NCBI GenBank assembly: GCA_964234715.1
Contig: OZ174277.1
DNA from: Podarcis melisellensis
Taxonomy: Eukaryota
Direction: 5' to 3' (one strand)
DNA length: 64,000 nt
Shown piece by piece: positions 24,659-38,685 of the stretch; position 1 is the stretch's first letter; each line of letters opens with the position of its first letter. The notes below the pieces were generated by a model, which had not been told where the DNA came from, did not search any database, and was given only the letters and a program-made list of their open reading frames with translations. The translations under genes and the position numbers were made by a program.

Positions 24659-26699
24659 CTTACTCCAGTATGAATATACCGATACTATTGATACGTTATG
24701 TGAATTATTTCTCCCCCCAGATAGCTTCTTTAACAATGGGTCGCCATGTAAGGCAGAAAAGTTTATTCATCTGGTGATCCTAATTTTTTATTCCAGCTAA
24801 GAGACTGCCTGTCAAAGAAACAGGATATGGAGGTAGGATATCTATATAAAAGGACAATATTTCACAGCCACATTTAAAGAAAGAAATAGAGAAGCAAAGC
24901 TTTACTCAATGTGTAATAATATTATGAAACTACAATTGTGAAATAGACCATCATAAAGGCAATTTTATCTTCTGTACTCTGTTTGGAGGGTTCACCAGTT
25001 CAAACGAAGAAGGCAGACATACACACAGAAAGAATATTTGAAAAATACAACCTAAATTACAGTGCACCACAAGCAGAAAATATGGGACATGTTATTGACA
25101 GCAATACTACTGATTTGTACAAGGGTAGAGCAAGTTTAACACGACCTACTTACACAATTTGGGTACTGCATTAACAGATAAGAGAAATCTGAAGTGAAAG
25201 CTCCCAAAGTCCTCCTTGCAGCTGTGCCAGAAGAAAGGGGAGACTGCACAACCCTGAGGCTCACTGTGGCTTATTCTTGTCACACTAAACTATGGTTTAG
25301 TGTGACATCTGACTGCACACAGTATCTCCCTACCCATGTCCTGGTAAACTGCCAGCTGGATAACTACAATATAGTATATTAAAAGTAGGGCTGCCTCTTA
25401 AAAGGTTCAGGAGCTTCAATCGGTTACAGATTACCAAACTTTGATTAGCATAGCTTATTCACTTCATATCTCTACCAGTGCTAAAGTTTCCCCACTAATT
25501 CAAAAGTGCAATTCAAAAGTGCAAGTACTGATTTTTAAAGCACAGAGGAACAGTCCCTTGCCATACATCAGTCATGTAACACACAGGGAAATAAAATTAT
25601 TTTTAATTTTTTTAAGGATAGGGGCCTAACTTTTACATTTTGGGGCATAGATTAAAAGCATGAATGTGGTATGTGCTGAACACACAGTAATGACATGTCC
25701 TTTTTGATAGTGAATGGTCCAAGAAAATGGAGTGAGCTTAATGGCTTAGCGGGACATGGCCACACTTCTCCCTGAGCCAACTCCAACCACATTGGTCACC
25801 CATACAATTTAGAAGCTGTAAATCAGACCCCTATCCCAGAGGACCTACTCTCCCAACTATATTCACATTATGGTTAGGTTCCTGTGAGTATAGAACAGTC
25901 TTCACCAACCTGGACTTCCAGATATTTTAGATGATGACTTGCGAAGGCAAAGTCTTCTGGATGGCACCAGGTTGGCAAAGTTTACTATAGAACAAAGCCA
26001 ATCTCTTATCTGGAAGTTCCTAGGTAGATGTATGGGACAGTACTTTGAAGAGGGGTATTACTTTTGTTGTAGCAGCAACGGGTATTACCTTGACGTGCAA
26101 TCCTCTGGTGCTAGCAAAGATGGAGGCAAAAGGAGGAACAGGGGCTCCATTACAACTATGAAGGAAAGACTAGGTCACAGAGGAAGATTCTAGTGGTACA
26201 GGGACATGTCTGATTATTCTGATAAGATAAAATTGAGAGTCTGACAAGATTAGACAAAAAAGGCCTTGGGCTACATGCCAGATGTGAGTGGATGATGGCC
26301 AATTGGGTAGCAGAGCTCAAAGATGGGCATGGAAGTGACAAAAATCCTAGCTGGGAGTGCCTGGCAGCAGGTGAGAGTATGAAGGAGACACAATAGCTGA
26401 GGAAAGATCACCAATTCCCATAGGCAAAATACAGGAGGAAGTGGTAGAAGAGCTTTTCCATGTTAGTATTTAGTCAAAAGAGTTAAAATACTTAAGGCCT
26501 TCTTAAGACCAGAAATATCCAGGCATGAGGCACCTACAATCCTGCTCTCAACATATCTACCTCATCTGACAATGTAAAATTCCAAATCTTACCTGCCCAA
26601 CAGTTTGGATATAAATTTTGGTACTAAGGTATTTTTTTGCATGCCTATTATATATAAACTGCACATACCACACTCTGCTTACAATATAGTAGAAGGACC

Positions 26700-26835
26700 C
26701 AGGGCTTTTTTTCAGCTGGAACTCACCAGAACTCCATTCCGGCACCTGTCAGGTGGGCGCCACTGCCATTATAAGAGAACAAGGGAGGCATTTGTGGTGA
26801 GTTCTGGCACCTCTTCTTCTAGAAAAATAGCACTG
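26700..26835. mobile_element. hAT MITE, 136 bp, perfect 8-bp TSD
   Basis: Ends CAGGGCTTTTTTT / AAAAATAGCACTG; GAAGGACC at 26692-26699 and 26836-26843. Confidence 0.9.
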
Positions 26836-27504
26836 GAAGGACCTTTGCATGAAATGGTAAGAGACCTACAATGTGTTTTATGCAAAAATCTGATTTCAGA
26901 TACAATAGAGATCTAGAGGACTAAAGTGTCCTATGGTATAGCCTGTGACAGGCAGCTTCCAGGACTGAGGGCATGAAGGAATTTTATCTTTTCTTTCTGA
27001 CTCACTGGTACTCTTGCTTTGAGTAGAACGATAACTGAATGTGACAAACTGTGCTACATCCATTCTACAGTATGAAGTAGAGTCCATTAAGAAAGAAGCT
27101 GAGATCACCAGACTCATTTTGATTAACCTCCAGGCCACTAAACACCAATAAATATGTTGCACAGCAAGTGCTAAATATACTTATATATGCTTAAGGTCAT
27201 GGCATTATTTGTTGGTTACTGGAGTTAAAGGGAGAAAGGGAGGAATGTTTCTGTCACTGCTGTTTCAACTGAAGGGCTATTTGCTCCACTCTTTCTGAAA
27301 GCTTGAAAAGAACTTGATAATATGCCTTTAGTCTCTCCTCTGCACCCTAAACTCCATTGGTATGTGAAGTTAAATTAATATTAGTTGTTGAGATTTAAAA
27401 ACCAGTTTCTAAACCAATTGTGGCATTTACAGATGAAAGCCTAACCATTCACCTGGGAAACAAATTCACTTATAATACTTGAAAGATGTTAACACTGAGG
27501 CCTA

Positions 27505-27796
27505 TTGAATTCTGATTCTGTAGCATTAGCTACCAATCCCAATTTAGTGTTATCTGCAAATCATCTTATCATCCCCTCAAGTCCTTCACCCAAGTCGTTT
27601 ATAAAGACATTTAACAACAACGGGTCCAGGACAGAACCTTGCAATACCCCACTTGCCACTTTCCCCCAGGGTGATGAGGAACCATTAGTGAGCACTCTTT
27701 TGAGTTAGGTCAGTCAACCAGCTACCAATCCACCTAACAGTTACCTCATCCTGCCCACATTTGACCAGCTTCTCCCCAAGAATATCATGGGGGACA
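27505..27796 (-). mobile_element. CR1 LINE reverse transcriptase fragment
   Basis: Minus strand reads PHDILGEKLVKCG...VRWIGSWL...VASGVLQGSVLDPLLLNVFINDL...FADNTKLG. Confidence 0.88.
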
Positions 27797-29204
27797 CCCC
27801 CCCAGCACTGCATTACAAGTTAGCAGTCCCCTTTGTACATTACATTGACAGTGTGGGGGTTGCGCCCACCCAGCTCCTATTCACACAGCTGAGGTAATAT
27901 GAGAAGACCTAGCTGACACGCAAAGAAGCTATGCTTCAGCTTTTCCCCAAACACTAGTGCTACCCTCTCTTGGAAACTGGGTTAACCTGAGAATGCGGAG
28001 TAGCTGCAGCACTGCCCAGGACTCCTTGCATCATTCGAGTGGTACAAGGAGGAAATGTGCTAAAGTACCGCAATCCTAGGATGACATAAGGTAGGGGCCT
28101 ACAGTACACAGAGTTCTGAAGATGCTATTGCCCTGCACATGCCTATTGCCACACGTGGTACTGCTGCCAGGAAATCAGCATGACCTACATCCTGGGACAG
28201 CTATAACAGTCGGACCACAGTTAATTCACATCAAGCAGCTAAGCTACTCAGAAGGTCAAAAATAATAACTAAAAAACATACTTCCTGAAAGGAAGCACAG
28301 TATCAGAGGCTAACCTTTTGGTGCCTGCATGTGTGCCATAACTTTTGTTATTCTCTGTAGCCTGTCAGGATAGTATTTGCTCCGTCTCTTTCTTGTCCTA
28401 CTGCTTGAAACGTTTAGCTTGCGCCAGCTTCACCAAGGAATTGGATCGTAGCATCTCAAGAGGGTAATTTGTGTTAACATTTTAAGCAGGGGTGTTTTTG
28501 AAAAACATTGACACACTGTGAGGGCGCCCCACTTGATTACAAACCATGAAAATGACTGTTAGGATGCACTCACAAATCAGTGTACTGACCAAATTGCCCT
28601 GTGCTTTATCTGCGCCAGGTCCGCCACATGACAATATTTCCTCTCTCTTTTAAATGTCAAAGGATGATTTGAAGGGTTGTTATTTAAACACACTGACCTG
28701 CACAATAACCAGAAGTACTTTATTTAAATCTTTCTTGAGCTGGGTCTCGCCATAAAAAGCTTATAATCTGTCATACCCTGACATCAAATGGGCTATTATA
28801 ATGAGAGCAATTCAGGGGGTGAGATCTGCAAACATATTTTCCTCCTGGGATTCTCTTACACTCTCTCGCACGTATAATTTTGCTATGGCTTTACTTGCTT
28901 GCCACAACATGAGCTTCCAAGGAAGATATTGCTATCAAAGAAAGCAGTGGAGTGCAAGAGTTTATGACTGTGTGCAAGAGAGAGAGAGAGAATGGAGAAG
29001 GAGAAGAGGACAAACTCTCACTCTGTTAACTATAATGCTGTCAGAAAGTAAATATGAATTGTAAGAACTGATTTTCTTAAGAACAGAATGCTAGTTTAAA
29101 AGATATCAGAACAGGCATGCAAGCAAGCAATGAAGCCAGAGCTACATGCGCCCTCTAATGAGCTCATGAAGCCCCTGCATGGGTGTGTAGATTTCCTCAT
29201 GATA

Positions 29205-29401
29205 CAGATGTATATGCAGCTGCCTCATGGAGACTCAGACCGTTGGCCATCTATCAAATGAATACTGTCTAACACAGCAGTTCTTTTGGGCTGCATGCAG
29301 AGTTATTTTCTCATACCTGCTACCTGAGATGCTTTAACTGAAGATGCTGGGGGCTGACCCTGGTCTTATGCAGATAAAGCATGCATACTTCCATTGAGCT
29401 A
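29205..29401 (-). mobile_element. Decayed tRNA-derived SINE (Squam2-like)
   Basis: AGCTGCCTCATGGAGACTCAGACCGTTGGCCATCTA...GAAGATGCTGGGGGCTGACCCTGG...CCATTGAGCTA, i.e. the reverse complement of a tRNA head at the right end. Confidence 0.6.
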
Positions 29402-32400
29402 GAGAGGAAACAGCAGCATGTGCACATCCCTTTGGACATGGGAAAGCTGTCCACTACACTGAAATGAAGCCCTGTGTATGCACTTTGGCAACTCCTGCGC
29501 CTGCAAGAGGATCAAAGCATTAGAGCGTACAGTAGCTGGTTTGCCTGATAGATGTAGACGCTACTATGACATTCAAGTTAGAGCTACGCTTGACAGCATG
29601 TAAACAGAATTAACCTGGAGCAGGTGGCTTAGTGACCATGCACCAAAGAAATGTGCACTAATTTGCGGTTATAATGAAAATAAATAAGGTACAGCAGCTT
29701 CTCTCAGACTACTTCTGAAAATCCAAATATATTTACCGCCCTTCGTCGCAAGCTCCCAGGGCAGAATAAAATACAGGATTAAAATAACAAGTTTTAAAAC
29801 AAAAACTACAAAACAATACCTTCCCTTTGCCTGTGCAGCATGAACTAAGCATTGTGCATACGGGGATGTGCTCTTCAATGCAGACAGTAATGAATCCGCC
29901 AGATATTACCCCCGCTCCCAAAGCACCCAGTGTTTCCTGGCTCATAGGATGGGTGAACCAGACCAAGCTAGCTCAAATTTGGTAAAACACTGTCGCAAAT
30001 CTAATGTCAAGAATGTTCATTTATGGATCACCAGCACCACACAAAATAATAGTAATAATGATAACAACAATAATAGGAGATTATTATTGTTGTTATTATA
30101 TACCCTCCACCAGCAGGTCCCTGAGCGGGTCACAACAATTTAAAATTCAGAATTTAGAAACCATTTCAATTGGCCTATAGTAACAGCAACAGGGTGTGTT
30201 CTGAAAACACACATCTCAAGTGTAAATAAATAAATAAAATTTCTATTTGATAATTTTTTAATATAAAAATTAGTTTAGTTCAGGCAAGGGGTGAGTTCAG
30301 TCAGGGAAATGTGAAGCTAAGCTCACACGCACATATTTTTATTATTCAACTCCCAAGGAATTAAAAAAGTGTTTTCATTAAGGAAATGCACATTTTTGGT
30401 GAGTTTTTACCATTGTCCTATTTCTCATATCAGCAGTCATACAATTTCAAATGGATTCATTGCATTGTTTGTGGTTGGCCACTGTGATGTCAGCACACTG
30501 GAAAAAACTATACAAACACTTGGGATCTGTTCATGCCAGCATGTCAAAGACTCAAATATTTTCAGAGTAAATTTTAGTTGGCTGCCAACACAGCAAACAC
30601 AATAGAATTGATGCAGTGACATGGAAAGGAAAATGCTACTCTAAATACCTAAAAGTTGCAGAAACACAGCCCAGCTGTGTATTCTTTCACTTGTTTGGTA
30701 GTTAGTAATGCAGGCTGTTTGGTCTGCTGTACAGCTATGCAAGGAGTAGCATCACAATAATCTCGTCAAGCAGGTAAGATTGAGGCTATAAATCATAAAT
30801 CATAAATAACTCTGGAGTCAAATTCCCCTTCTTCAGGGAATGAAGGATTCCAGCTCAGAAGTGCTAAGAGAACCACAGTCTTCTCTGCTCTATTTAAATA
30901 AAGAGACTCATCTCACAGAAGGAGTACGGTAGCTAGCTAGTAAGACAGGGTTGCAACTCCCATTTAAGGCTAAGACTAAGGATGACTGCTTCTGTAATAA
31001 CAAAGTCTGAGTCCTGTTCTTATGGAGACTCCAGCTGAAGCCCTGCATTTAGCTGTTCAGGGTTCAACTGAAGCCTCTACTATGCACTCCTGAGGCCATC
31101 TCTCAAAAACAGAACATACAAGCGAGCTTTATGGACAAAGAAGGGTTTTATCCCGGGTTTCCTGCAATCAGACCCAGTGTTCTAGCAGTATACTTCGGCT
31201 GCTACAACTACTACAACAGTAATACAAAAACAGAGAGCAGACTTATTTTCCCCCCTTAGTTACAAGACACACAAAACAAAGTGGAGGGTTCCTCTAGATC
31301 AGGGCAGTCTAACCTTTCATGTCAAATGGGCTGCAAGAGTACTTTTGACACCGAACTTGCGGGTCACATACTGCACTGGGGAGCGGGGGGGGGGGGGGAG
31401 AGAGGCCAAAATTTGACATACACCCCAGCCCCTCATGTTGCCATGTTGCCTTACCTCATATAAAGTTGCCTAAGCTAGTGGCCAGGAAATTAAGAGCTAA
31501 ATTTGTGGCTCAACTCTGAATGTTATTTCTGTTTTGTTATGGCTTATAGCTAAAAATAAAATAAAACTATTACCTTCCTACCTAGCGTACAAATCTGAAA
31601 CAAGATGTTTTAAAAACATTGTTAGAATAGAAAACAAATCAAAATAAGCTATCATGCTGCTATATCTAAAACTCCATGTATTTTTAGGTGCTAAAACTGC
31701 CTTATGGCATTTTCTTGAACTTCGTAATGTATTCTGTAAAAAAAAAGAAAAAGAACAAAAGGTATGTTCCAGAAACAGAAAGAAAAGTTCCAGCTGGAAG
31801 AAAATAGTTTGGTATTTTTGGTAAGTGAAAGGCGTGGGTTATATTAAAAAAAAAAAATCCCATGAATTTTGCTTGTTGTTCAGCTGAAAAACAAAATAGC
31901 AACTAGGATATATATTTTATCTTTAATTCGAAAGTCACTTACAACTACAGGAATCAATCCACCCATTAATGAATTGAAGCCAGCTTTGAGGCAAAGAGGA
32001 GCAGCTGTTTAACAGTTCATAGTAACACTGTGCAATCACTTAGGCCAAGAAGCAAACTCCATTTCATCCAACTGAGTCTACAAGGGGATTTGTTTTGGGA
32101 AGCTGAAACATAGCTGCTCTGATTGGAAGTTATTGCTTGGGTATCCAAGCAATACTAATGGATGTATTTCAGTTTTATTTACTAAGATCCCTTGGATCAC
32201 TAAATATGAAAATACTAGGATGAGGATTCAGTGTAAAGGAAGAACTACTGTAAGACCTGGTAGCTAGCTGCACACTTTAATAGGAATGACTAACACTCCT
32301 TTGTATTATCTCTGATTTGTTACTGAATTATTGTTTTGTGATATTTTACTGTGCTTTGATATTGTCGCTAGCTGCTCTGGTAGGGGCATAACAAAAACAA

Positions 32401-33606
32401 AAACAGTAATTAATTATAGAAATTAGGATGCTACTGCACCTAACATGAAACACCCTCCACAAATCTTGCTTCTTTCATTACCAGCAGGGAAAGTTTTACA
32501 CCAATGTTCCACAGGACACTAAATTCGATACTGTGAGTCAGATTTGTTCTAAAGATAACACTTTCAATTCCTCCACCAAATGAGGCTGAAAAATAAATAA
32601 ATCACTACCTTAGTTTAGTTTATTGTGGGGAATTCACAACTGGCAGTCTTATATCTACAAATGTCCTGGCTTGCATACATATACAAACGTGGATGGGAAT
32701 ATTAACCTTCTTGTTATGCACAGCAGCTGCAAGTAGAGAAATCATCATATCTCAGCTCAGAGGGAAGGCTAAAAACAAAGACCAACCCCAGACTTCAAAA
32801 CGCAGGAAGAGATAAAATTAAAAAGAGGATTTATGGTGCTGCTTCAACCCCTTCTGCTGTATAAGATGTGAATGCCACGAGTGTGCTTTTAAACATTATT
32901 ATAATTTTAAATCAAGCTTTCAAGATCAAATGGGTTAAACATACAGACAATGCAGTAGCAGTTCAGCATGCTCTGTGCGAATATTAAAATTTGCTACAGG
33001 GAAATCCAGCCCTACCAAGAATTATTATTTTTTACTTAAGCATTTCGACTTCTGAAATCTTTTGCCCTGTTTTCCCCTGCTTGACACTTTAATGCATCAT
33101 GCCTGTTAACTGTATTTCCTTGCCAGTGGCTCCTAGTCCATCAGCAGTCTTGCATGCTCAAGGCTCTGGAGGAAATATGGAGAAAATGCTTTGCTAGCAC
33201 TAGCAATATGAAAAATGAATTACAAATACAGAGATAGCACTGGAAAATGCTGATGGAGGACTCAGCTGCATGTAAAAGATTATATGTATTCAGACTCATG
33301 CAGTTTACATTGCTAAGAGAATCTATATTCTGAACCCATCCATACGAAGAACAACACAGTTATTCTGGATTTACAGTAGTACAAATCCAAAAAGAATATG
33401 CTACTTGGTCCCCCTTTATCACCTGAATTGAACTTCACCAAAGCAGAAACAACCATATCCCCCACTTCATTGACTCTGCCATGTTAAGTCACAACCATTT
33501 TGGTCACTGGCCTGTGTAACACAGGCAGCAAAAGGGAACCCACCCTAGGTTCTCTCAGTGCTTCACAGAAATGTAATATTCACATGATGGTCATATATGA
33601 GTATAG

Positions 33607-33948
33607 CCGGTGGTCAACAAAAGAGGTTTTAAGACTCTCTCAAGGCAAATCTTTAAAAATGTAGTATAAACACCGACAACTGGGAAACACTGGCCTGCGA
33701 GCGCTCCAACTGGAGAACAGCCTTTACCAGCTTTGAATACGCTTGAACTCAGGATGAAAGGGAGAAACGCGCTACGAGGAAGGCACGCTTGGCAAACCCT
33801 CACCATGATCAACTCCCACCCAGAAACCTATGTCCCCATTGTGGAAAGATGTGTGGATCCAGAACTGGCCTCCACAGTCACTTATGGATCCACTGTTAAA
33901 ACCGTGTTTATGGAAGACAATCTTACTCAGCTACGAGTGATCGCCAAA
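33607..33948 (+). mobile_element. 3' fragment of an RTE-clade LINE, including the C-terminal CCHH zinc knuckle
   Basis: Translates as GGQQKRF*DSLKANL..C..NTDNWETLACERSNWR...CPHCGKMCGSRTGLHSHLWIH, followed by a short 3' UTR. Confidence 0.85.
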
Positions 33949-34171
33949 TAAAGAGATTTTCATCAGGTGCATTAAGTAGACTGACGACCTGACATGATAA
34001 AGAGTCAGCTTTACTCAAAAGTAAGTGTCACTGGTATGCATGACATACCAAGCCAATCCTTGCCTTAACAAGACCACATGAAGATGCAAGCTCTGAAAGG
34101 AACTTGCAGCCCCACGACTCCTCCCCTGCACCAAGCCAAACTTTGGCTTAGCATATCATCAAAACCAAGAT

Positions 34172-34266
34172 TCATGGTTAATCTCTCTCCTCCCTAACCA
34201 TGAGATGTAACCAAAGTTTGTTCTTGGTTACAGTTTGTGGTTAGTGTGGAGAGAGATTAAACATGA
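34172..34266. repeat. Imperfect inverted repeat (43-bp arms, 9-nt loop) at the centre of a larger palindromic MITE-like element (~34070-34410)
   Basis: TCATGGTTAATCTCTCTCCTCCCTAACCATGAGATGTAACCAA vs TTGGTTACAGTTTGTGGTTAGTGTGGAGAGAGATTAAACATGA, about 36/43 complementary. Confidence 0.8.
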
Positions 34267-37200
34267 GCGAGCCCTATTTCAGATTACACACTAAACCAAA
34301 CTTGGACTTCAGAATGTGGCGGGCAACAAAAAGGACCAGGGAAAAGCCAAGTAGCTGTGGGTTTCACTAAATCAAAGTCTGGTTTAGCAAGTTATGCAAA
34401 CCAGGCCAATTATTTCAATGCACCTCAATTGCAAATAAGTGCACACACTACTGAACCCAGATAGTGCAGTACAGGCTGAGAATGCAGCGGGTTTACGAAG
34501 AATGAAGTAAACTGAAACATAACGCAATTAAAATTATTATTGTCTATTGCAGTTCATGATACTATGAAAGACTGAGCCTTAGATCCAGATAAGTGCGAGG
34601 TTCCATTTGCTCAAATATGAGATGTTTTAATCTACCTTCTAGTGGCAATCCCTGCTCTATCTGAAGGATTAACGTTCTGCATGTTCAACAGACATCAAAA
34701 TGAGCCATGACCTCTGTGTACAAAGAGGAACACTTTAGTGTAAGCTTAGACTCCTCTCTATCCAAGGTCGTCTTAGGTGGTAGAGTATCAAGGAATCCAA
34801 AGGCCAAATAAATTCTCTTTGCAACTGTGCATTTCCTTTTGACAAAATTACAGTATTAATTGACAGCTCTAATATAGGGTCTAGCAGGGAAATTCCGGCC
34901 CTTATGTCCAGGGAGCTTCAGCTCATGCTGAGCCCCTGCAAGTCGAGACAGCCAATATAAGAGTTGGCCATGTAATATGCAAGGATGGTTTCTCATGGAA
35001 GCTGTTTTTGACTGTGCCCATAGGGGGCCCTTCTGACATGCAGTTAGTAAGTTTGTTTGATTGATTTATATACCAAGGTCTCAGGGCAGCACACAAAATT
35101 AAAAAATATTTTTAAAAGTTCTAGATAAAGAGAAAAGAAGCCCTCACTCAGCATCTGAATAAAAATTTGCAATATTCAGATGCTTATGAGTTTTCACATG
35201 GTGACCTGACCATTAATTGCTGATATGTCTCAACTAGCCAACAAGTACTTCCAAACTTTAAAATGAAGTGCCTAACACCCTCTTTTTTAAGAGAAGGAAC
35301 AAACAACATTCTGAGCAAACACATTAAAACATTTTTGTACCTATTGTCTGAACTATAATTGGGGTGGTGGTGGTGGTAGCATGGCGTAAAGTGAAATTCC
35401 TTCTGTAAAAACCTCCTCTTGTACACATCACATCACACAATAGTTTGGGTCATTGTATCCCCCCCCCCCCCAAATCTATGCCATAGATATAGTATTCACA
35501 CAGTGCAACTCTGCAATACTACATTTGTCCAGTCTGGACTGTGATGAATATCTGTTTTCCTCACACTTAAAACTGGGTTTGCATATTTGAATACCATACC
35601 AATTCCTGAAATTTTTGTATATGTAGCATATTTTACTATATATACAGGCAAGTGTCGGAAGGCATTAGTCATTTCACATAAGACACTTGGCAATAACCTG
35701 ACATCCAACATAGCCGGCAGCTACTTTCTGGTGGAGTGGAATCACTTAACGTATTACCAGAAATTACCTACAATGACACATTTGGACATGTATCTTTATG
35801 CTTGATGGCAGGAAGGCAGCGCTAATTATAAATAAATAAAATTTGTGTCTATGGTACCTTTTTGTAACCTGCCCTGGGACCACTCAGTGAAGGGTGAGCT
35901 AGAACCACAAATAATAAATACCTGAATCTGTGAATCTCTTCCTAGGTCTCTTTGTATTCAAAAACAAAACAGGGAAACAAGAACTAACACAGGAATGCAT
36001 ATTGCTTTAACTCTCCCCCTCCTTTACTTCTCTAGCAGTTTCAAGATAAACACAAAAGAAGTGAACTAAAGCTGTGTGTCCCCCTTTGTGCTCACTGATT
36101 TGCTACGGAGAAGGCTATAGCATTTTGTGCCGGCAGATTGTATCCCCCTTCCATTTCAGCAAACAGACCCCAAAAAGATGTAAGCCTCCCACTGCTTGAA
36201 GGCCTTTATTAAATACACACCATCAAATACACTCCTTTTTCGAAGTGTTACAAGCTACAATGTGTGTGCTCAGCAGCGTCTATCAGAGCCCATGTGTCTC
36301 AACTTGGGCACCCATCAAGAGACATTCAAAATTGGAAACCCCTTAAAATTTAATCCCAAGTTTATTTGTTGCCTTTATTACTTCTTCATATCCAACCCGT
36401 TGAGGAAGTCTAAAGCTCAGTTGTTGTTGCCATCCTTCATTTTTATAGTGCACTCACTGTATCCTTCCATGGTAATTGCAGAGATTTGTCACATGTGAGC
36501 ATACTCTCCTTATCCATAATATACAGCTTCTGAAAGTCTTGGCCAGGACAAAAACAAGAAAAAGGAAAAGGAAAGTGATTTAACTCTTTATGGCTTCCTG
36601 CTTTTTCAGGGTTATTTGCTGATCTCCAAGAATGGTATTACTCTTTGGCACCAAGTCCAAACCACACTAGAGAGAGGCTTGTCTGCTTAATAGTGAATAT
36701 AGTGTTCCTACATAATATACCATCTGGATTATTAAAACAAAAAATAGTTACCATTCAAGAGGGTAACTACTTCTTCTGTAGAGATGTCGGAATGATGTTG
36801 CTTCTAAAAGTCTTAGGTTGCAATCTTAACCCTCCTTACCAGGGAGTAAGGCCTACTAAATTCAGTAAGAGTACTTCTGAGTAGACATTGTTAAGATTGC
36901 ACTATAAACCTTTCTTTTTAATTAGAAGGGTAGAATTCTGCACCAGGATAATATAACCGATTGAATCCCTGATCTTGATTGTTCAAGTTCTGCTTAGCAG
37001 GCATTGATTTTCTGCCTCAACAGAAGTGAGCTTGCTCTGATGCATGCCATTTAAATTCATTTTACACAGTTGCGTAATGTGACTTGGCACAGCAAAGCCA
37101 AACTAGCTTTCTGTGTCTAAATAAGATTCCTAAATTTCTAAGAGCATTTCTTGTGGTTTAGAAAAAAAGAAATCCGTGCTTTCAACACTGGGATCATGTT

Positions 37201-38685
37201 ACAGTTTAGTATATGACTTGGAAGCCATCAAAAGCGTTTCATAAAACTACTTCCCACCCAACTCACTTAAGCAAGTTCAACACTTCATTCATTCCAAGGA
37301 ACTTTGGGGGAGGTGGATTGCACTCTCTTATTTTATTTTAATCCAGGCACCAAAGATCGGTATTTTGTTACAATTGCCAATGACATTTGAACACTACAGG
37401 CTTCCCCTTCAAAACTAATGATGTGGTAGAAAAACACTGTGCGCGTTCACTCTCTGTGACTTTTATAAGTGTGTTGTTCTAGGGTTTTTTGTTTTTAAAA
37501 ACAACTACCTATCATGGCCCAGTTCACATGTACTATGTACTTGAGCTGGAACAAGCCCAAGCAAATTATTGGGCTCATAAACTTCGCCTTTCCTCCTCCT
37601 CCTTCTATGCAGCTGGGGGAAATGTGTGTTTATTTTTGGTTACAGAGAATCCTGGTTTGTTGTTGTGTACAAACTAAACATCACAGTTTTAAACGAACTC
37701 TGATCGGTTTCAAAACAAGCCAACTTCAAATTACGGGTTATGTAGCTGGCATGTTTTAACACCCCAGAATTTGTTTCAAACCACCATCTCTGATTCATAT
37801 ATAACAAGCCAAAATTCTGTGAAACCAGAAGTAGACACTAGTGGTCACATGGAAGGAGACGAGGGGGGCAAATGTGCCTAAGGCTTTGCTTGGGCTTGTT
37901 CCAGTTCATGCTTGGAATGCCAAACCACTGCTTACTGTTACGTTCAAATCCATGTAGACGCTGACCAAAATGTTAACTTGACTATCAAAAATCTTAAGTA
38001 AAAGGAACTATAAACTTCCACAGTGTTAGAGTCCTAATAGTTTGCTTCATATTTTTCAGGGGTGCCACACAATTCTTTTAAATATTTCATGTTAGCAAAA
38101 TCAGGACTCATTGGTCTCCCTGCATCCAGAGAAGAATACTGCAACTTTGGGGATTTTCAGTTGGCCAGTGATAGCAGTAATTTGACTGGGTGTGTATTAC
38201 TTCTGAAAATTTTGAAACTGAATGGTGGGAGCACTTTCATAGTGACATAATCTTTTAAAAAAAGAGTAGGGAAATACTGATGAAAACACAATTAACTGGA
38301 ACAAAATCCCCCGTAGTTCAGGTAATTTCATACTAGACACCTCAAGTTTTACACCCCTTGGCAGAAGTGTTAGCAGGCTGTCACCCTTTCATAAATTGTT
38401 TAAATTATGATACCATGGAACCTTTTATAAGCCCCATTACTAACTACTGCCATTGCTTCTGCAATCAGTTTCATAAATACATAGCGTATTTTTAGGGAGA
38501 AGCTTAATGTGATGATGACAACAAGACAGCCATGGTAATTTCAGTGTCTCATGATTCTGCTCCTAGACAACAACGACCAAAAAATGGAGGAAGGGACAAG
38601 TAATGGTGCAGAAAAACACAAGATTTAATTTATTTGCAGCCAATGGAGATCTTCATTTCCCTCTCAGGCATGAAGGAAACAGAGC

